A stretch of 64,000 bases of DNA. It comes from Actinomycetota bacterium (GTDB lineage Bacteria > Actinomycetota > Acidimicrobiia > Acidimicrobiales > Ilumatobacteraceae). The notes under the pieces are model-generated. The model was given only the letters and a program-made list of their open reading frames with translations, had not been told where the DNA came from and did no database searches. The stretch is taken from NCBI GenBank assembly GCA_016213625.1, contig JACQZZ010000040.1, positions 12,778 to 76,777 of the forward strand. The letters run 5' to 3'. The translations under genes and the position numbers were made by a program. The stretch's first letter is position 1; every line of letters starts with the position of its first letter. Shown in pieces: positions 19,300 to 29,126 of this stretch.

Positions 19300-19450
19300 G
19301 GGAGCTTCCTTCCGTCGTGGCGACGCACCTGTACGTTCGCGACGATAGGCAACCTGCCAGCCGCTGTCGATTCCCACATCACCCCCTCCGGGTGAACTCA
19401 CCCAACATGGATGATGCGGCTCAGGTCGCGGACCGCGTACCGTTTCGAGA

Positions 19451-20698
19451 ATGACCGACGAGTCCACCGCGCCCGAGGCCGCTCCCACCCCCACCAAGGC
19501 GCGGTCTCAGCGGCCTCGCCGCATCGCCACGTGGGTGGCCGTCGTGCTCGCGGTCGTGCTGTTCCTGCTGGGAACCACCGCCGTCTGGGCGAAGAACACC
19601 GTGCTCAGCTCCGAACGCGTGGTCAAGGCGGTCGACGAGGCAGCCTCCGACCCGCAGGTCATCGACGCGCTGTCGGCACGCATCACGCAGGAGATCATGT
19701 CGCTGGTCGACGTCACCGCCCTGGTGCAGAGCGTGCTGCCGTCGCAGCTCGACGCGGTGGCCCCCATCATCGAGGGCGCGGTCACCAACCAGATCGAGAA
19801 CCAGGTGAACAAGGTGGTCGGCAGTGATGCAGGCCGACGCATCCTGGAACAGTCGGTGCGGGTGGCGCATGCGCAGGCGATCAAGTTGCTCGAAGGCGGT
19901 GGGCTCAGCCCCGACTCCGCGTTCAGCGTGCAGGACGGCCAGGTCGTCCTCGACATCGTGCCGCTGGTGGTGGCCGGCATCGAGGCGTTGCAGAACAACG
20001 GGGTCATCAGCGACGGGTTCGACATCACGGCCATCGCCAACGAGGTGACCAGCGATCGCAAGGTTCAGCTCCTCGCTCGGGTGTTCGGCATCTCGGTGCC
20101 CGAGGACTTCGGCCAGATCGTGCTGCTCGACTCGCAGGCCGTGGAGGACGCATCGTCCACGCTTGCCGCCGCGCAGCGAGCCCTCGCCATCTTCGAGAAG
20201 GCGGTGTTCATCCTGGTCGTGCTCGCGTTCGTGATGATCGGCGTCGCGATGGCGCTCTCGGTCGACCGGCGCCGCACGCTGTCGCAGTTGGCGGTCGGCA
20301 TCGGGGTCGGGGCACTCATCATGCGCATCGGCATCGACCGCGTGGTGGCTGCCGTCGGCCGTGCCATCGACAAAGCCGGTGCGAAGGTCGCCGCCGTCAC
20401 CATCACCGAGTCGCTCACCGAAACGCTCGCACGGGTGCTCGTGGTGCTCGCCATCGTCGGCCTGCTCGTCGGCGTCATCACCCACCTGCTCCGGTCGGCG
20501 AAGGACGGTCGCGCGTCGTGGCTCACCGAGCTGGTGCAGGACCACCCCGACCTCGCCCGCATCGTCATCGTCGGTGTCGGCCTCGCCCTGCTCGCCACCG
20601 TCGGCCTCACGTGGATCTCGGTCATCGTGGTCGGTGCGCTGTGCGTGGGTGGCGTCCTCTACGTGAACCGCAACGCGGCGACGGTGCCCGCCGGCTGA
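19451..20698 (+). CDS. integral membrane protein, unknown function
   Basis: N-terminal TM (WVAVVLAVVLFLLGTTAVW) and several C-terminal TMs. Protein-like composition. Confidence 0.6.
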   Translation: MTDESTAPEAAPTPTKARSQRPRRIATWVAVVLAVVLFLLGTTAVWAKNTVLSSERVVKAVDEAASDPQVIDALSARITQEIMSLVDVTALVQSVLPSQLDAVAPIIEGAVTNQIENQVNKVVGSDAGRRILEQSVRVAHAQAIKLLEGGGLSPDSAFSVQDGQVVLDIVPLVVAGIEALQNNGVISDGFDITAIANEVTSDRKVQLLARVFGISVPEDFGQIVLLDSQAVEDASSTLAAAQRALAIFEKAVFILVVLAFVMIGVAMALSVDRRRTLSQLAVGIGVGALIMRIGIDRVVAAVGRAIDKAGAKVAAVTITESLTETLARVLVVLAIVGLLVGVITHLLRSAKDGRASWLTELVQDHPDLARIVIVGVGLALLATVGLTWISVIVVGALCVGGVLYVNRNAATVPAG

Positions 20699-20718
20699 GC
20701 CGGTGACAGACTGACCGG

Positions 20719-21771
20719 GTGAGCGCACCCTCCAGCGCCGTCGCTCGGCTCCTGCACGCCATGCCGAAGGCCGAGCTGCACCTGCACCTCGACGGCTGCC
20801 TCCGGCCGAACACGGCCATCGAACTCGCCCAACGTCACGGCATCGACGCGCCGCACACGTGGCACGACATGTTCGACACGTTGGTGGCGGCTGCTCATCC
20901 GGGATCGCAGGCCGCGCTGCTCAAGTCGTTCGAGCTCCCGCTGGCGTTGATGCAGTGGGAGGACTCGTTGGCTCGCATCGCCACCGAGCTGGTGGAGGAC
21001 AAGGCCGCCGACCGCGTGCGGTACATGGAGGTGAAGTGGGCTCCCGCCTTCCATCGTGCGCAAGGACTGTCGCTCGACGAGGTGATCGGCATCGTGGCAT
21101 CGGCCACCGCTCACGCCGCCGAGCGGTGCGGCGTGGAGGTGCGGCTGTGTGTGGTCGCCATCCGTGCCCACGACGTGGCCACCAACGTGGAGGTCGCACG
21201 CGCAGCGGTGCGACACCGAGCCAACGGCGTCACGGGGTTCGACCTCGCCGGCCACGAGGCCAGCCACCCCGACCCCACCGTGCACGCCGAGGCGTTCGAC
21301 GTGGCCCGAGCGGGCGGCCTGGGCATCACGCTCCACACCGGTGAACTGCCCGATGACGGTGCGTTGGTGTGGCGCGCGCTCCAGGTTCGCCCGCAACGCA
21401 TCGCCCACGGTGCCTCGGCAGCGGCCGACCCGAAGCTGTTGGACGAGCTGATCGCCCGCAACATCACGCTCGACCTGTGCCCCACCAGCAACGTGCAGGC
21501 GGGCACGGTCGCCACCTTCGCTGAGCACCCGCTGCCGCAGCTGGTGCGCGCCGGCGTGCCGGTCACCATCAACACCGACGACACCACCATCTCCGACGTC
21601 ACCCTGTCGGAGGAGTGGCTCGCCTGCGTCGACGAGTTGGGCCTCACCCTGCCGGAGCTCTGGGCGTGCAATCTGCACGCCCTGCGCGCGGCCTTCGTCG
21701 ATCAGCCCACCCAGGCCCGCCTGCTCGACGAGTTCCACGCCTGGGCACGCCCCCTCCCCGAACTCCACTGA
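20719..21771 (+). CDS. add: adenosine deaminase
   Basis: ELHLHLDG, GFDLAGHE, ITLHTGE and VTINTDD metal/catalytic motifs. Confidence 0.9.
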   Translation: MSAPSSAVARLLHAMPKAELHLHLDGCLRPNTAIELAQRHGIDAPHTWHDMFDTLVAAAHPGSQAALLKSFELPLALMQWEDSLARIATELVEDKAADRVRYMEVKWAPAFHRAQGLSLDEVIGIVASATAHAAERCGVEVRLCVVAIRAHDVATNVEVARAAVRHRANGVTGFDLAGHEASHPDPTVHAEAFDVARAGGLGITLHTGELPDDGALVWRALQVRPQRIAHGASAAADPKLLDELIARNITLDLCPTSNVQAGTVATFAEHPLPQLVRAGVPVTINTDDTTISDVTLSEEWLACVDELGLTLPELWACNLHALRAAFVDQPTQARLLDEFHAWARPLPELH

Positions 21772-21773
21772 CC

Positions 21774-21811
21774 CGCGAACTTCAGATCGAACGTTCGAAC
21801 TTGCGTTCGCG
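21774..21811. terminator. hairpin between convergent add and the oxidoreductase gene
   Basis: CGCGAAC (21774-21780) pairs with GTTCGCG (21805-21811). Inner palindrome TCGAACGTTCGA. Confidence 0.5.
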
Positions 21812-21815
21812 TGGA

Positions 21816-22958
21816 CTAGGGGCGGATGAGGTACTTCTGGCCGGTGGCCTGGCGGGCGTAGGTGCGGATGGCCTGCAGGTCGAGGGCGCCCGACAGCGAC
21901 ACCTCGTCGGTGTAGGTGCTGGCGAAGGTGGTGGTGAGCTCGCTCACGACTCGCTCGCGCAGGCGGATCATGCCCTCGAGGCCGATCTTGCCAAGGAACG
22001 GGGTGAGCAGGAACCCGCCGATGCCCCACGCCATGCCGAACGTGCGGGTGAGGGTGGTGGGGCTGCGGTCGAGTCCGCCGTAGATGTACACCTGCTTGTG
22101 CACGTCGCTGCCGTAGCGGTTGTACGTGGTGGCGGTGGCGTTGATGGCCGCTTCCATGCATGTGAGGATGTCGCCGGCCAGCGTGCCCCCGCCGGTGGCG
22201 TCGAACGCGATGGTGGCGCCGGTGGCCACGAGCGCAGCGGTGAGGTCGGCGGTGAACGTGGGCGAACTGGTGTCCACCACGTGTACGGCCCCCTGGCCGC
22301 GCAGGATGGCCACCTGCTCGGGACGACGGACGATGTTCACGAGCGGCACACCATCGGCGACGCAGATGCGGTTCAACATCTGGCCCAGGTTCGAGGCCGC
22401 GGCGGTGTGTACGAGCGCGGTGTGGCCCTCCATGCGCATCGTCTCCACCATGCCCAGCGCGGTGAGCGGGTTCACGAAACACGATGCGCCCTGCTGCGGC
22501 GTGGCGTCGTCGGGCAGCACCATGCACATGAACGTGGCCACGTTGCGGTACTCGGCGTAGGTGGCACCACCCGCCATCGCCACTCGCTTGCCGAGCAGCG
22601 CCTGGGCGTCGGGGTTCGAACCGGCGGCCACCACGATGCCGCAGCCCTCGTTGCCCACCGGCATGGATTCGCCGACGCGGGCGGACAGGCCGGCGAACAC
22701 CTTCGGCGGAATCGGCGCGGTGACCACCGGCTGGTCGGGCGTGCCGCTGGACGTGGCCTGGTCGAGGTCGGCCATGGCCAGCAACAGACCCAGGTCGCTC
22801 GGGTTGATCGGCGCCGCTTCGACGCGCACCAACACTTCGTGCTCCGCGGGCACGGGGGTGGCCACCAGCGCGATCGAGAGTTCGAGCGTGCCGTCGGGCG
22901 TGACCAGCGAACGCAGCTGTCGCATGGTGGTGGGCACAGGAGCATCGATGTCGGTCAT
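21816..22958 (-). CDS. medium-chain (quinone oxidoreductase-like) dehydrogenase/reductase
   Basis: ATG 22958 within ORF 21816..23375. VLVRVEAAPINPSD, GNEGCG and HTAAASNLGQ patterns. Confidence 0.8.
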   Translation of the reverse strand: MTDIDAPVPTTMRQLRSLVTPDGTLELSIALVATPVPAEHEVLVRVEAAPINPSDLGLLLAMADLDQATSSGTPDQPVVTAPIPPKVFAGLSARVGESMPVGNEGCGIVVAAGSNPDAQALLGKRVAMAGGATYAEYRNVATFMCMVLPDDATPQQGASCFVNPLTALGMVETMRMEGHTALVHTAAASNLGQMLNRICVADGVPLVNIVRRPEQVAILRGQGAVHVVDTSSPTFTADLTAALVATGATIAFDATGGGTLAGDILTCMEAAINATATTYNRYGSDVHKQVYIYGGLDRSPTTLTRTFGMAWGIGGFLLTPFLGKIGLEGMIRLRERVVSELTTTFASTYTDEVSLSGALDLQAIRTYARQATGQKYLIRP

Positions 22959-22987
22959 GCGCCCGAGGCTAGACCCTTCAGAAAAAC

Positions 22988-25900
22988 TCACGTTGTGGTG
23001 TCGGGTGAGGACGTGTCGAGGCGGCGGAGGATGACGGTCGCACCTTGTCGCGTGGCCAACGCCCGTGACTCGCCGAGCAGCCTCGCGGCGCGCTGACGGT
23101 CGCCGGCCTGCTCGGCCACCAGAGCCTGCTGGCGCAGTGTCTCGGCCAGCCACCAGGTCTCGCCGCGGCCTGACGACTCGTCGTGTGCGCGTTGCAGCAC
23201 CGAGGCCGCGCGGTCGTCTCGGGCGTGGCGGCAGGCGTCGCCGAGGAATGTCCACAGCGCACCGACCAGGGTCCGCTCGTCGCTCGCCGACAGCTCGTCG
23301 GACGCGGCGAACGCGACAGCGAGTTGGTCGGTTTCGCCCAGGCGCACGCGTGCCCAGGCCTCGAGCAGGTCGCACGCCGCGGGCTGGTGCGCCACGAGGC
23401 CACCCATGGGTGAGCGGGGGCGGGTGGCGAGCTGGGCGAGTGCCGCTGCCGGTTCGTCGAACTGCGCGTGCACCAGCGCCTGCGTGAACGCCAGGGTGAC
23501 GTCGGCCGTCGAATCGACCTCGCGACGGCGCGACAACCAGGCCGCGGACCGACGGTAGGCGTGGGCCATGGCCTCCTCGTGCCGATCCAACACGGCGGCA
23601 TTGAATGCGGCGATCATCGGCAGCAGCACCAGCGGAATGTGCTGGGGTGGCTCATCGGGGCTGGACACGCCGGTCGCCTCGACGGCCGAGCCGAGCCGGC
23701 GATCGGCCTCGTCGAAGTCGCCGGAGAGGAACGCCATCGCACCGAGCATGAAGTTGGTCGTGACCACCGCGTACGGCTGCTCGGTGCGCTCGGCGAGTTC
23801 GCGGATGCGCGCCAGCTCGGGCTGGAGGGCGCGGAGATCGTCGACGCGATCGATGTCGCCGAAGTCGAGGAACTGCCACAGCGCGAGCGCCGCGTCGCTG
23901 CCGGTCGACTCGGCGAATCGGGCGATCCTCGCGGTGACTCCCTCGATGCCTGCAGCATCGGGTCGCTGCATCGCTGCCGACACGAGCGCCTCCAGCGCGT
24001 CGACCTCGATGTCGCTCATCGCGCTGCTGCGCGGCACATCGGCCAGTACGGCGAGGGCGTGCTCTGCGTACTGCTCGGCCGTGTCGAGCGCGCCCCGCCA
24101 CCGGGCGACGTCGGAGGCGCGTACCTGTGCCGCGGCCACCACCAGCGGGTCCGCGAAGGCGGCGGATTCGAGCCGGTGGTGGGCGATGGGTTCCGCGTCG
24201 TCGGTGAGGTCACCCCGCACCGACACGATGGCATCGGCGGCGCGGTGGTGCAGCCGGGCGCGCCGCAGCGGGGGGAGTTGGGCGAGCACCGCGTCGCGGA
24301 CGAGCGCGTGGGCGAAGCGGAAGCCGTTGGGGGTGGGGACGAGGATCCGCGTCACGATGGCGGCGTCGAGTGCGTCGAGGCAGTCGTCGGGTGCTCGTTC
24401 GCTGGCAGCCATGGCGGTGCGCAGGTCGAAGTGTTCGCCGAGCACTGCGGCCACCTCCAACTCGGCCGTGGCGCGTTCGGGGAGACGGGCGAGGCGGTCG
24501 CGCACGACGTCGACGATGGCGTCGGGCACCACGCTCTCGTCGGTGAGGCCGCGTTCGCCGGCGAGCCGAGCGAGCTCGCTGACGAACAGAGGATTGCCGC
24601 TCGCTCGCGCACGTACTCGGGCCGCGACGTCGGCCGACGGGACGACTCCGGTGGTGATCTCCACCAGCCGGGCCACACCCGCCTCGTCGAGCGGCGAGAG
24701 CTGCACCCGCACGACCTCGACGTTCGTGCGGTGGAGGGCGCCCAGCATCGGAGCCAGCGCCGTGTCGGGCACCAGGTCGACCGGCCGATGTGCGGCCAGC
24801 ACCAGCACCGGTCGCCGCCCGAGCCGGTCGAGCACGAGGCGCAGCACGTCGAGCGTGGCCTGGTCGGCCCAGTGCAGGTCGTCGACGACGAGCAGGAACG
24901 GTCCACCACCCGCGTCGTCGAGCACGTCGACGAAGTGGGCGGCCATCTCCACCTGGGAGCACGGCCCGATCTCGCGTCCTCCAGCGAGTCGCCGCCAGGG
25001 ATTGAGGGCCGTGCCGTCGGCCGGAGCGTCGTCACCCAGGAGTGCCCGGGTCAGTTCGATCATCGGCCACAGCGAGGGCGCGAGGCCGACCTCCACACAG
25101 CGACCGACGGCCACGGTCCAACCGTTGGTCGCGGCGGTGGTGACGACGGCCTCCGACAAGGTGGACTTGCCGATGCCCGGTTCACCCTCCAACAACACGA
25201 GATGCGGGCGTGTGGTCGCGCCGGCGAGTGCTGCCGCGAGCACCGCCCGTTCGGCGTCGCGACCCACGAGTTCGGTGTCGGTCGTCGGAGCGTCGATCAG
25301 CACCGGTCGGTCGTCGTGCATGTGCCGCGCTGGGGTGGACAGCGAGGGGTCCTGCACCAGGATGCGTTGCTCGAGGTCGCGGAGATCGGGGCTCAGGTCG
25401 AGGCCGAGGTCGTCGAGGAGACGATCGCGAGCGGTGCCGATGGCGCGCATCGCGTCGGCCTGCCGCCCGCTGCGATAGAGCGCCAGCGCGAGCTGGGCCC
25501 ACAGTCGTTCCCGCAGCGGATGCTCGACCACGGCCGCTTGCAGGCGCGGCACGGTCTCCGCGTGCCGGCCGAGCGCGAGGAGCGCGTCGAACCTGTCTTC
25601 GCGCGCTGCCGCCCGTTCTTCGTCGAGGCGCACCACGATGGCGGCGATCTGGTCCTCCGGTCCGATGCCCCCCAGGGCGGGTCCTGTCCAGAGCGCGAGC
25701 GCCTCGTCGAAGCGGGCGAGTGCGATGGAGGGATCGTCGGCAGCGGCCGCCTCGCGACCGTCGGCCACCAGCGAGCGGAAGCGGTGCACGTCGATCTGAT
25801 CGTGCGGCAGGTGCAACACGTAGCCCGGGGCGGTGGACACCAACACCTGCGGCGCAGCTCCCGCTTCGTGCGACGGCTCGAGCAGCCGCCGCAACCGAGA

Positions 25901-26119
25901 CACGTAGCTCTGCAAGGTGCCGAGGGGTGTGCGCGGCGGATGGTCGCCCCACAGGCGGTCGATCAATCGGTCGACCGACACCACCGTGCCGGCGTCGAGC
26001 GCGAGGTGCGCGAGGACGGCGCGCTGCAGCGGCCCGCCGAGATCGACAGGCCGCCCATCGCGGTGCGCTTCGACCGCTCCCAACACGTGCACCGTGAGCA
26101 CCGATAAGGAATACCACAC
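22988..26119 (-). CDS. SARP/AfsR-family regulator (wHTH-BTAD + NB-ARC-type ATPase + TPR-like C-terminus)
   Basis: N-terminal OmpR-type wHTH plus BTAD (LRERLWAQLALALYRSGRQADA), Walker A GEPGIGKS, Walker B LLVVDDLHWAD. Start may be GTG 26101. Confidence 0.85.
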   Translation of the reverse strand: MWYSLSVLTVHVLGAVEAHRDGRPVDLGGPLQRAVLAHLALDAGTVVSVDRLIDRLWGDHPPRTPLGTLQSYVSRLRRLLEPSHEAGAAPQVLVSTAPGYVLHLPHDQIDVHRFRSLVADGREAAAADDPSIALARFDEALALWTGPALGGIGPEDQIAAIVVRLDEERAAAREDRFDALLALGRHAETVPRLQAAVVEHPLRERLWAQLALALYRSGRQADAMRAIGTARDRLLDDLGLDLSPDLRDLEQRILVQDPSLSTPARHMHDDRPVLIDAPTTDTELVGRDAERAVLAAALAGATTRPHLVLLEGEPGIGKSTLSEAVVTTAATNGWTVAVGRCVEVGLAPSLWPMIELTRALLGDDAPADGTALNPWRRLAGGREIGPCSQVEMAAHFVDVLDDAGGGPFLLVVDDLHWADQATLDVLRLVLDRLGRRPVLVLAAHRPVDLVPDTALAPMLGALHRTNVEVVRVQLSPLDEAGVARLVEITTGVVPSADVAARVRARASGNPLFVSELARLAGERGLTDESVVPDAIVDVVRDRLARLPERATAELEVAAVLGEHFDLRTAMAASERAPDDCLDALDAAIVTRILVPTPNGFRFAHALVRDAVLAQLPPLRRARLHHRAADAIVSVRGDLTDDAEPIAHHRLESAAFADPLVVAAAQVRASDVARWRGALDTAEQYAEHALAVLADVPRSSAMSDIEVDALEALVSAAMQRPDAAGIEGVTARIARFAESTGSDAALALWQFLDFGDIDRVDDLRALQPELARIRELAERTEQPYAVVTTNFMLGAMAFLSGDFDEADRRLGSAVEATGVSSPDEPPQHIPLVLLPMIAAFNAAVLDRHEEAMAHAYRRSAAWLSRRREVDSTADVTLAFTQALVHAQFDEPAAALAQLATRPRSPMGGLVAHQPAACDLLEAWARVRLGETDQLAVAFAASDELSASDERTLVGALWTFLGDACRHARDDRAASVLQRAHDESSGRGETWWLAETLRQQALVAEQAGDRQRAARLLGESRALATRQGATVILRRLDTSSPDTTT

Positions 26120-26150
26120 GGTGCCCGTGCTGGGCTTCGCGGAATGTTCG

Positions 26151-26972
26151 TCAGTGGGCGAGCAACGTCAGCTGGATCTGATCGAGCACCGCCTGGTCGG
26201 GCTGCGGTGCCACGATGGCGTCGGCCGACTTGCGGGTGATGTCGATGGCCTCGCCCACGAGGTCGCGGCCGATGATCGGCGTGTGACAGCCGACGATCGA
26301 GGTCGCGCCGAGTGCCTCGATGCGGTCCACGGTCAGCTGGAACTTCTCGTCGTCGACCAGCTGCAGCCACGGGGACACGTACTGGTTGAACATCGTCATG
26401 CCTTCACGCCAGAAGCCGAGGTCCATGTCGGCGACGTGGGGAGTGACGCTCAGCATCGGGGCGGCGAACGAGTCGCTCGCCCAGTAGACGCCGGTCGTGG
26501 GGTCGTACAGGCCGCGAGTGGTGGGCGAGTCGTACACGGGCGGACGCACGGCGGTGAGGACGCGGTCGCCGATGTCGATCTTCTCGCCGTCACCGACCCA
26601 GCGCATGCGCATCGGGGAGACCTCGAGGCTGGCGCCCATGCGCTCCCACATGAACCAGTTGACGATCACGGTGGCGTTCGGCGCGAGTTCCATGAGGGCG
26701 TTGAGGTTGCCGGTGTGGTCGATGTCGTCGTGGCTGATGAACACCCAGCGGATGTCCTCCGGTGCGACGAGCGAGAACACGTCGGCCAGGAACTGTTCGC
26801 GGTTCTCGGGCATGCCGGTGTCGACGACCATCGGCTCGGCGCCACGGATGACCATCGAGTTGAGCGGGACCATGACGGGGGCGGTGCCTTCACCGTTGTG
26901 GTCGTGGATGAGGAAGGTCTCGCTGGCGATCTGCGTGGGGGCGAGACGGGTCTTGTGCAATGTCGTTTCCAT
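26151..26972 (-). CDS. MBL-fold metallo-hydrolase
   Basis: VFISHDDIDHTGN (HxHxDH variant). ATG 26972 chosen. Confidence 0.75.
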   Translation of the reverse strand: METTLHKTRLAPTQIASETFLIHDHNGEGTAPVMVPLNSMVIRGAEPMVVDTGMPENREQFLADVFSLVAPEDIRWVFISHDDIDHTGNLNALMELAPNATVIVNWFMWERMGASLEVSPMRMRWVGDGEKIDIGDRVLTAVRPPVYDSPTTRGLYDPTTGVYWASDSFAAPMLSVTPHVADMDLGFWREGMTMFNQYVSPWLQLVDDEKFQLTVDRIEALGATSIVGCHTPIIGRDLVGEAIDITRKSADAIVAPQPDQAVLDQIQLTLLAH

Positions 26973-27041
26973 GCCCACATCGTGCAAAGGGGCACTTGAC
27001 GCCGGCTTGCAAGCCGCTTGCAGCCATCACCTGCGGGTGTG

Positions 27042-28547
27042 TCAGGTGAGGCTCTCGTCGAGGAACTCGACGACCCGCTGTTCCCATTGCTGTGGCTGCG
27101 CGTCGTACCCACCCGTGTGATCGGTGCCATCGATGGTCCACACCGTGACCCGCTCGCTCGCGCCGGACTGGATGAACTCGGCAGCGCGACCCTCGTCGTC
27201 GACGTTGCCGGCGGTGATGAGGAGGAACCTGGTGTCATCGGCCACGTCCACCGCCGTCCGAAGCGACATCGGTGGCGAGGCATCGGTGAGGAAGTCGGTG
27301 ATGCCGTCCTGCACATGTTCCAACTGCTCCTGGACCCACCCCCTCCAGCCGAATGCGTCGGACAGCCACGCCTTGTCGGCGGCCTGGCGCCCTGTCGCCC
27401 CCTCGGCGACCACGGCTCGGACTCGCGGGTCGGTGGCAGCCGCTCCGATCGCCTCCTCGCCGCCCATGGAGAAGCCGACGACCCCGATTCGACGGGGGTC
27501 GATCTCAGGACGCGATGCGAGGAACTCGATGCCGGCAGCGACATCCAGATCTCCATACCAGCCGAAGTCCATCGCCGTACCCCGACTGTCGCCATGACCG
27601 CGGGCATCGAGGAGGAGCACTGCATACCCGTGTTCGACGAGCACCGCTGACTGGTCGAGCACGTCCGATCGAGTGGCGCCGGCGCCGTGCAGGACGACGA
27701 CCCCTGCGCCGTCGGTGGCGTTGACGTCGTCAGCGTCGCCGGCCTTCATGTACCACCCTGCGAGGTCCACTCCGTCCGGTGTTGTCAGTGTGATGTCGTC
27801 GTGGTCGATTCCACGCGACGACGGTGTGTCGGTGACATGGGTGGTCGGGACATTCGTCGCAGCCACGGCGGGAGCGATCAACGACACGCTGAGGAGGACC
27901 ACGATCAGCACGAACCCTCCGCCCACGAGCTTGACCGCGAGGCGCCGGTTCCGGAGCGCCGATCGCGCGCCGGCGCCGAGGAGCGCGATTCCGGTGAGGA
28001 CCAGGACGACCGACACCACCGACGTCGGCGAGAGGCCGACCTTGACCAGGTGTGGCGCGAGACCGACACCGGTCGCAGCGACCAGCGCGCCGAGGATGAC
28101 CATCAGCACCCCGCGGCGAGGGGGGCTGAGGTGCACACGATGCGATGCGGTGACGAAGCCCGCCCCGACACACAGGTACAGCGGTTGGAGCAGCGAGAAC
28201 GAGCGCAGCACGACGACCTGCACCACAACCCAACCGATCAGCATCAGACCGGTGATGAACGCCAGGTCATTGGTCCTGGCCGCTCCCTGCCAGGCCGACC
28301 AGGCGAGCAGCGTGAGGGGCATCGCGACGAACATGACGAGCGCGAATCCAGCGAGCAGGGGGCTGTCGAAGGGCAGCCGATCATTGATGCGCTCGCCGAG
28401 GTCGACCCAGCCGGTGACCAGTCCGAACGCTCCCGCCCACGCCACGACCGCGTTGACCGCTGCGGCGGCGGACAGCCCTGAGCGGCGCGCTCGACCGTGG
28501 CGTGCGAGCGGCTCGTGGCCCGCGGCGACGAGGAGGTCGTCGACCAT
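27042..28547 (-). CDS. membrane-anchored alpha/beta hydrolase
   Basis: About 6 N-terminal TMs, then VVVLHGAG, nucleophile elbow GFSMGG and a C-terminal DH pair. Confidence 0.8.
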   Translation of the reverse strand: MVDDLLVAAGHEPLARHGRARRSGLSAAAAVNAVVAWAGAFGLVTGWVDLGERINDRLPFDSPLLAGFALVMFVAMPLTLLAWSAWQGAARTNDLAFITGLMLIGWVVVQVVVLRSFSLLQPLYLCVGAGFVTASHRVHLSPPRRGVLMVILGALVAATGVGLAPHLVKVGLSPTSVVSVVLVLTGIALLGAGARSALRNRRLAVKLVGGGFVLIVVLLSVSLIAPAVAATNVPTTHVTDTPSSRGIDHDDITLTTPDGVDLAGWYMKAGDADDVNATDGAGVVVLHGAGATRSDVLDQSAVLVEHGYAVLLLDARGHGDSRGTAMDFGWYGDLDVAAGIEFLASRPEIDPRRIGVVGFSMGGEEAIGAAATDPRVRAVVAEGATGRQAADKAWLSDAFGWRGWVQEQLEHVQDGITDFLTDASPPMSLRTAVDVADDTRFLLITAGNVDDEGRAAEFIQSGASERVTVWTIDGTDHTGGYDAQPQQWEQRVVEFLDESLT

Positions 28548-28641
28548 GTCTTCAGCGTCGTCCCGGCGCCGGTTTCCGTGTAGGGCCCGAGGTCCCCAGG
28601 GTCGGCAGAGCGCGCATTCGAAGGGCTTCTACGATGTCGAC

Positions 28642-28986
28642 ATGGCCTTCGACGAGGACCTCGCCCGCCGGATTCGCGACCTCCTCGCCGGGCAGCTCGA
28701 CGTCACCGAGTCGGCGATGTTCGGAGGCCTCGCCTTCCTGGTCGGCGGCCACATGGCCGTCACCGCCAGCCGTGAGGGGGGCATCCTGGTTCGGGTCGAC
28801 CCCGCCACCGCCGACCGTCTGGTCGACCGCACCGGAGCCACGGTCGCGGTGATGCGCGGCCGTCCGATGGAAGGGTGGCTGCGGGTCGATGCAGGACGCC
28901 TGCGAACCCGCCGTCAGCTCGATGCATGGGTGCGGCGCAGCACCGAGTTCGCTCGCACGTTGCCGCCGAAGCCGCACCACTCCTGA
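28642..28986 (+). CDS. TfoX/Sxy N-terminal-domain family protein
   Basis: ATG 28642 within ORF 27673..28986. MAFDEDLARRIRDLL...ESAMFGGLAFLVGGHMAV pattern. Confidence 0.7.
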   Translation: MAFDEDLARRIRDLLAGQLDVTESAMFGGLAFLVGGHMAVTASREGGILVRVDPATADRLVDRTGATVAVMRGRPMEGWLRVDAGRLRTRRQLDAWVRRSTEFARTLPPKPHHS

Positions 28987-28989
28987 CGG

Positions 28990-29126
28990 ATCCGAGTGAC
29001 ACACCCCCCATCCGAGTGACACACCCCCATCCGAGTGACACACGGCCGAGTCGAGTGACACACGCCCATCCGAGTGCTCACTCGCACCCAGGGTGCGAGT
29101 ACCCACTCGGATGGCGGTGTGCGTCA
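28990..29126. repeat. tandem 19-20-bp repeats (ATCCGAGTGACACACCCCC, 4-5 copies), a hairpin and one inverted copy
   Basis: Copies at 28990, 29010, 29029, 29049 and 29068 (the last degenerate). Hairpin CTCGCACCC/GGGTGCGAG at 29081-29099. Inverted unit at 29103-29126. Lies between convergent genes. Confidence 0.85.

Noticed and set aside
23468-26107. 879-aa plus-strand ORF, and others such as 25210..26097 and 24210..24962
   Set aside because: All lie opposite or out of frame to the SARP/AfsR regulator, which has clear wHTH, BTAD and Walker motifs. Their sequences are Arg/Gly/His-rich with no motifs.
22988-26119. Large STAND NTPase as an Avs-like antiviral sensor
   Set aside because: The N-terminus is a standard OmpR-type wHTH plus BTAD, as in SARP/AfsR transcription activators. 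No nuclease or other effector domain was seen.
28990-29126. Possible CRISPR array
   Set aside because: The repeat units are directly contiguous with no spacers and are only 19-20 bp long. No cas genes are present in the window.
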